A stretch of 64,000 bases of DNA from a virus. The stretch lies in IMG/VR virus record IMGVR_UViG_3300035204_002571, positions 1-64,000 of that record; one strand, 5' to 3'. Numbering within the stretch: position 1 is the stretch's first letter; every line of letters starts with the position of its first letter. This document shows positions 60,051 through 64,000 of this stretch, piece by piece. The notes beneath the pieces are model-generated. The model was not told the DNA's origin and ran no database searches. It worked only from the letters and a program-made list of their open reading frames with translations. The position numbers and the translations under genes were made by a program.

Positions 60051-60982
60051 TGGCGAAAATATTAAAAATAGCAGACTGGCTGGTTCATGGCGGCCATCAA
60101 TATGAGTTTTTTAAAACTAATCATGTATTTTTCTGTACAAAGCCAAGCGGCTTCGCCCCAACTCCGCAAGATTTGGGTAGACCAAGAAATAAGAATGTAA
60201 ATTATGTTACAGAAGCTAGGTTATCAAATGAGGCTTATGACATACTCATGGTAAGAACTGGCGTTAATCCTCATAAGTATAAAACACTTAGGTATAAAAG
60301 AGGAAATACCCCAGGGATTGCCGTTGTTCAGACGCACACTCCATCGTCATCTGTGCCGAAATGGGTAAGGTGTATGGTTTGGAATTCTAAAGATACAATG
60401 GTCAAATATATGCAAAAATTCCCGGGTAAAAAACATTTCTATATTCCACATGGATTTGATCCAAATGAGTTTGCAGATTTAAATGTAGAAAGAAACAATA
60501 GGGTTCTCAGCGCGGTAAGTGTTTTTGAAAAAAGAGGGAGCCTTTTGGGGTTTAATGAGTGGAGGTGGGTATCTAATAGGATTGGGAAGTGCGATTTGCT
60601 GGGTCACGGCAATGAAGATCTTAAAGAATCTATAGGATCATTTTCTTTGACCAAATTGGTTAGAAAATATAATAAATATGGTGTTTTTTTAAATACAACA
60701 ACAAAAAGCGCCATGCCAAGAACTAGAGCTGAGGCTTTAATGTGCGGAACGCCATTAGTCACAACGAATAATTTTGGTATAAACAAGTATTTGACTCATG
60801 GCAAAAACTGCCTTTTTGCCAACACCAAAGAGGATATGCTTAAGTGTGTAAAAAAGGTCTTGGCATCAAAGAGCTTGCAGGAAGACTTGGGGGCTGCAGG
60901 TAGGGAGGCGGCAATTAAACATTTTCATATTAATTTGTATATTAAAAGATGGAATGAAGTATTCAAAGAGGCTCTTAGATGA
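60050..60982 (+). CDS. GT4-like glycosyltransferase (4)
   Basis: 'YIPHGFD', 'SAMPRTRAEALMCGTPLVTT', 'LGAAGREAA'. Confidence 0.85.
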   Translation: MAKILKIADWLVHGGHQYEFFKTNHVFFCTKPSGFAPTPQDLGRPRNKNVNYVTEARLSNEAYDILMVRTGVNPHKYKTLRYKRGNTPGIAVVQTHTPSSSVPKWVRCMVWNSKDTMVKYMQKFPGKKHFYIPHGFDPNEFADLNVERNNRVLSAVSVFEKRGSLLGFNEWRWVSNRIGKCDLLGHGNEDLKESIGSFSLTKLVRKYNKYGVFLNTTTKSAMPRTRAEALMCGTPLVTTNNFGINKYLTHGKNCLFANTKEDMLKCVKKVLASKSLQEDLGAAGREAAIKHFHINLYIKRWNEVFKEALR

Positions 60983-61845
60983 AAAAGGTGCTTGCTATAA
61001 CAGACTCCTATAATTGGGCCACTTATTTTAGAGCAAAAAATTTAAAGGAGAATTTAAAAAAATATAATTTTCGAATTATATCATTTCATGATATAAAAAA
61101 AGTAAATTTTAATGATTTTGACATTGTTTATGTTCTTAATTGGCCTATTTATGGCTATATAAGACATAAGATATCAAAAAATAGAAAATATAGACTTGTA
61201 ACGGGCATATCTAGTCATATTGGCAGGAAAAATGCAAAAGAAATGAAAACATTTTTTTCTATTTTTGATTCAATTGGGGTTTCAAACAAGTTTTTGTTTA
61301 AAGAGTTTAAAAACGCAAATATAAAAAATATTGTCTATACTCCGTTTGGCGTAAATCATAATATTTTCAAAAAAACAACAAATCCAAATGATTATAAGTT
61401 TATATTTGGTTGGGTCGGAAACGATAAGAGGCCGGTTAAGAGATATGGCGAAATATGCAAAGTTTTTAAGCAATTAGGGCCAAAATATAAACTATTAACA
61501 GTCACTCAAGGGTCAGGGTTTTCGAGAGAAAAGATGGCGAAGTTTTACAATTCTATTAGCGCTATAATTTGTTATAGCGAATCAGAGGGGACTCCAAATC
61601 CTGTTTTAGAGGCGGCTATGTGTGGCAGGCCTGTTATCTCCACGCTTGTTGGAAATGTGCCTGAGCTCATGGAGGGTGTTAAAGGCTTTCGTCCTGTTAA
61701 TTCTTATAAATCATTGCTGTCTGCTGTAGAGAGGTATGGGGATAGAGTTGATTTGAATAATATTGGATCACGAGTCGGCGCGGCAGCCCAAGACGACTGG
61801 ACCTGGAAGATCAAGTCTAAAAACTTTGTAAGGCTTTTGGGATAA
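60979..61845 (+). CDS. GT4-like glycosyltransferase (5)
   Basis: 'TPFGVN', 'FGWVGN', 'SESEGTPNPVLEAAMCGRPVIST'. Confidence 0.9.
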   Translation: MKKVLAITDSYNWATYFRAKNLKENLKKYNFRIISFHDIKKVNFNDFDIVYVLNWPIYGYIRHKISKNRKYRLVTGISSHIGRKNAKEMKTFFSIFDSIGVSNKFLFKEFKNANIKNIVYTPFGVNHNIFKKTTNPNDYKFIFGWVGNDKRPVKRYGEICKVFKQLGPKYKLLTVTQGSGFSREKMAKFYNSISAIICYSESEGTPNPVLEAAMCGRPVISTLVGNVPELMEGVKGFRPVNSYKSLLSAVERYGDRVDLNNIGSRVGAAAQDDWTWKIKSKNFVRLLG

Positions 61846-61847
61846 GT

Positions 61848-62933
61848 ATGAAGATTTTAATAGCATGTACCCAATACCCTTATCATGGTGGAGCTGCAAC
61901 AAATTCATACGCCCTTGTGAAGGGTTTGAGAAAAAGAAAACATAGAGTATGTGGTCTATTTTTTGAAGATAGTCGGGCCAATTGTGATCCAGACAATATT
62001 GGAAAGATTATAAAATCAAGCTCTAAAATTGGAAGCTATAACCAATTGCGTAAAAAAATAATAAGAATGCTAGGCGGAAGTCCAGATATTATATTGGCTA
62101 AAAATTATGTTGCACCTATATATTGCAGAAAGTTATTTCCGAATTCAAAAATAATTTATTTAGTATCTGGGGCTCCTATTATGATGCCTTTGTCTAAGGA
62201 TAATATATCTGCGATTAGATATCTATCTATGGATAATTCAAAAATAAGGAAAAAGTATAGTAAAAACCTTCTTTCTCTAGAGAAGGGGGCTATAAGGGCT
62301 TGTGATGCAGTTATCTTGAATAGCGGAATATCTAGAAAAGTTTTTTTAAAAACAAATGCTAAAAGCTTGCAAAATAGAAAAGTTTTTAAACCTTTAAATA
62401 CCTCTATAGTTATAAACAGAAGAGGGAGGGGTACGAAGGCTAAAGATTTTAATAAGCGAGAGGTAGATATAGCCTTTATTTGTTCTAATTTTTCCAGAAC
62501 AGTTAAGAACGCAGGATTTGCCAAGAAGCTTCTTCTTAACAAAAGGCTTGCCGGAAAAACCAAGCTTGTAGTTGGGCAAAACAGTAAAATGTTTGCAAAT
62601 GTTCCAAATATTATAACTAAAGGTAAAGTGGGCAATAGTACAATTTTTAGTTACTTGAATAAAACAAAGCTAGTCATTTGTACGTCTTATTTTGATGCCT
62701 CGCCAAACATAATTAATGAAGCGCGAGCATCAGGCTGCAATGTTCTTGTGTCTAGAAACTGCGGCTGGCACAGAAGGTATGGAGCCAAAAGCGTGTGCAA
62801 AGATGTATATGGATTAAATGAGTGGATTAATAAAATTTTGTCATCATGCAAAGGGGAGATTGAATATCCAATCATACAGTCAGATAAAGATATTCTTATA
62901 GCATTGGAAAGCATGATCAAGGAGCTGCTATGA
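61848..62933 (+). CDS. GT4-like glycosyltransferase (6)
   Basis: 'YPYHGGAAT', 'SYFDASPNIINEARASGCNVLVS'. Confidence 0.85.
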   Translation: MKILIACTQYPYHGGAATNSYALVKGLRKRKHRVCGLFFEDSRANCDPDNIGKIIKSSSKIGSYNQLRKKIIRMLGGSPDIILAKNYVAPIYCRKLFPNSKIIYLVSGAPIMMPLSKDNISAIRYLSMDNSKIRKKYSKNLLSLEKGAIRACDAVILNSGISRKVFLKTNAKSLQNRKVFKPLNTSIVINRRGRGTKAKDFNKREVDIAFICSNFSRTVKNAGFAKKLLLNKRLAGKTKLVVGQNSKMFANVPNIITKGKVGNSTIFSYLNKTKLVICTSYFDASPNIINEARASGCNVLVSRNCGWHRRYGAKSVCKDVYGLNEWINKILSSCKGEIEYPIIQSDKDILIALESMIKELL

Positions 62934-63001
62934 GTATAATTATAGGATGGCTGACCGGGCAAGCGGGTTTGAAAATTATGCCTGAAAGGTTGTGAGAAAC
63001 T

Positions 63002-64000
63002 ATGTTTGGTACTAAATTTTGGTATAAAAAGAAAAAAATATTATTTGTAGTAGATGTTCAAGGATGGGCATATGACGATAGAGCAAAAACATGGAAATCT
63101 TTGCTTAAAGATGAGTTTGAAATTGATATACTTAGATTGTCAGAGTTTCCAGTTGGAAGTTATAGTTCAGAGTTTTCAATTATAAATAGAAAAATTATAA
63201 ATGCTGCCAATGAAGGGGTGCCCTTAAATTGTTCAAGAATTGTTACAGATCCTAGTTCTGTTAATTATTCTTTTTCAGATTTAGGTAAAATAAAAAAATT
63301 AAAACCAGTATTTGATCATAAAAAATATGATGGGATTGTTTTTTTCTATCATAAGGCGATTGCAGACAGAAGGCTTTTGGCAACTCCCTTTCCAATGAAT
63401 AAGGTAGCGGTATGTATTAATAATGAAAAGTGGAAAGAAGAAGGTGCAGAGTATTTTGCAAAAACTTTTTATTCAGAAGTAAAGATTTTGGTTGGATGTA
63501 ATAAATATATAGTTGATTCTTTTTCTGGGCTTCATCCTAACGTAATGCGCGCTTCCCAATGTGTAGATAGTTCTGTCTTTTTTAAAGATAAAAATCTTAA
63601 TACTAAGCCTAAAAGGAGATTTACAGTTGGGTGGTCTGGCAACCATAGTAATCCGCTCAAAAGAGTTGAGTTAATAAAAAAGGCTTGTAACAAAGCAGGT
63701 GTAACATTATCTATAAAAAAAGATCTTAGTAGGAAGGATCTTAATGTTTGGTATAACAGTATTGATATAGTAATTTGTGCTAGTGAGTCTGAAGGAGGCC
63801 CTATGTTGTTGCTGGAGGCTGGCGCTGTTGGGGTGCCGGCCATTACAGCTAATGTGGGGCTCGCAAGAGAGATGGTGAGTCATGAAAAAAATGGTTTAAT
63901 CTTGAAAGAAGGCAGCGTCAAAAACATAAAAGAACTTATTTTAAAATTAAAAAACAAACCAGATCTCGTAAAAGCTTATGGAAGAAGAGTTCATCAAGAG
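63002..64000 (+). CDS. GT4-like glycosyltransferase (7), truncated by the window end and absent from the ORF track
   Basis: Manual translation from ATG 63002: MFGTKFWYKKKKILFVVDVQGWAYDDRA...FTVGWSGN...SESEGGPMLLLEAGAVGVPAIT...YGRRVHQE, no stop before the edge. Confidence 0.88.
   Translation, partial: MFGTKFWYKKKKILFVVDVQGWAYDDRAKTWKSLLKDEFEIDILRLSEFPVGSYSSEFSIINRKIINAANEGVPLNCSRIVTDPSSVNYSFSDLGKIKKLKPVFDHKKYDGIVFFYHKAIADRRLLATPFPMNKVAVCINNEKWKEEGAEYFAKTFYSEVKILVGCNKYIVDSFSGLHPNVMRASQCVDSSVFFKDKNLNTKPKRRFTVGWSGNHSNPLKRVELIKKACNKAGVTLSIKKDLSRKDLNVWYNSIDIVICASESEGGPMLLLEAGAVGVPAITANVGLAREMVSHEKNGLILKEGSVKNIKELILKLKNKPDLVKAYGRRVHQE

Noticed and set aside
62930-62995. 21-codon ORF (MSIIIGWLTGQAGLKIMPERL) overlapping the stop of GT 6
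   Set aside because: Too short to support. It could be a coupling peptide or gene remnant, but the region is equally explained as a promoter-containing spacer.
232-63843. Numerous minus-strand and short alternative-frame ORFs in the track (e.g. 410..856, 8962..9438, 12799..13278, 45714..46166, 62156..62635)
   Set aside because: They lie almost entirely within long + strand genes and have the Ser/Ile/Pro-rich composition expected of antisense shadows of acidic or Lys-rich proteins, with no recognisable domains.
1-64000. Stop-codon reassignment as seen in some large phages
   Set aside because: Multi-kb ORFs are intact in the standard code, and TAA, TAG and TGA all end genes immediately before the next start.
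1-64000. CRISPR arrays, tRNA/rRNA genes, IS elements or integrase
   Set aside because: None seen; intergenic gaps are at most about 110 nt and contain no repeat-spacer or cloverleaf structure.

Overview
The window is one co-oriented (+ strand), densely packed gene block that reads cleanly in the standard bacterial code. It looks like the virion/tail module of a very large contractile-tailed (myovirus-like, probably jumbo) phage or provirus. Gene order: partial neck-like gene; holin/spanin-like membrane genes; two paralogous giant fibre/spike proteins (one with a C-terminal Peptidase_S74-type chaperone); tail terminator; an enlarged sheath; tube; G/GT assembly chaperone with a clear -1 frameshift site; tape measure; tube initiator; hub; spike; a 2664-aa protein with a coiled coil and a long hydrophobic helical block; gp25-like, J-like and I-like wedge proteins; a dockerin-bearing fibre-like protein; then at least 7 tandem GT4-like glycosyltransferases running off the right edge. 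No capsid, portal or terminase is visible in the window. The unusual aspects are (i) most large tail parts are hugely enlarged by nested, acidic, Cys-containing insertions, (ii) a short [LV]-D-G-Y motif recurs, and is tandemly amplified, across unrelated virion proteins next to the glycosyltransferase array, (iii) a dockerin sits in a tail protein, (iv) a translocon-like giant protein occupies the position after the spike, and (v) a candidate late-promoter motif lies exactly 50 nt before three major structural genes. All functional calls come from motif recognition and synteny by eye; no database searches were run.
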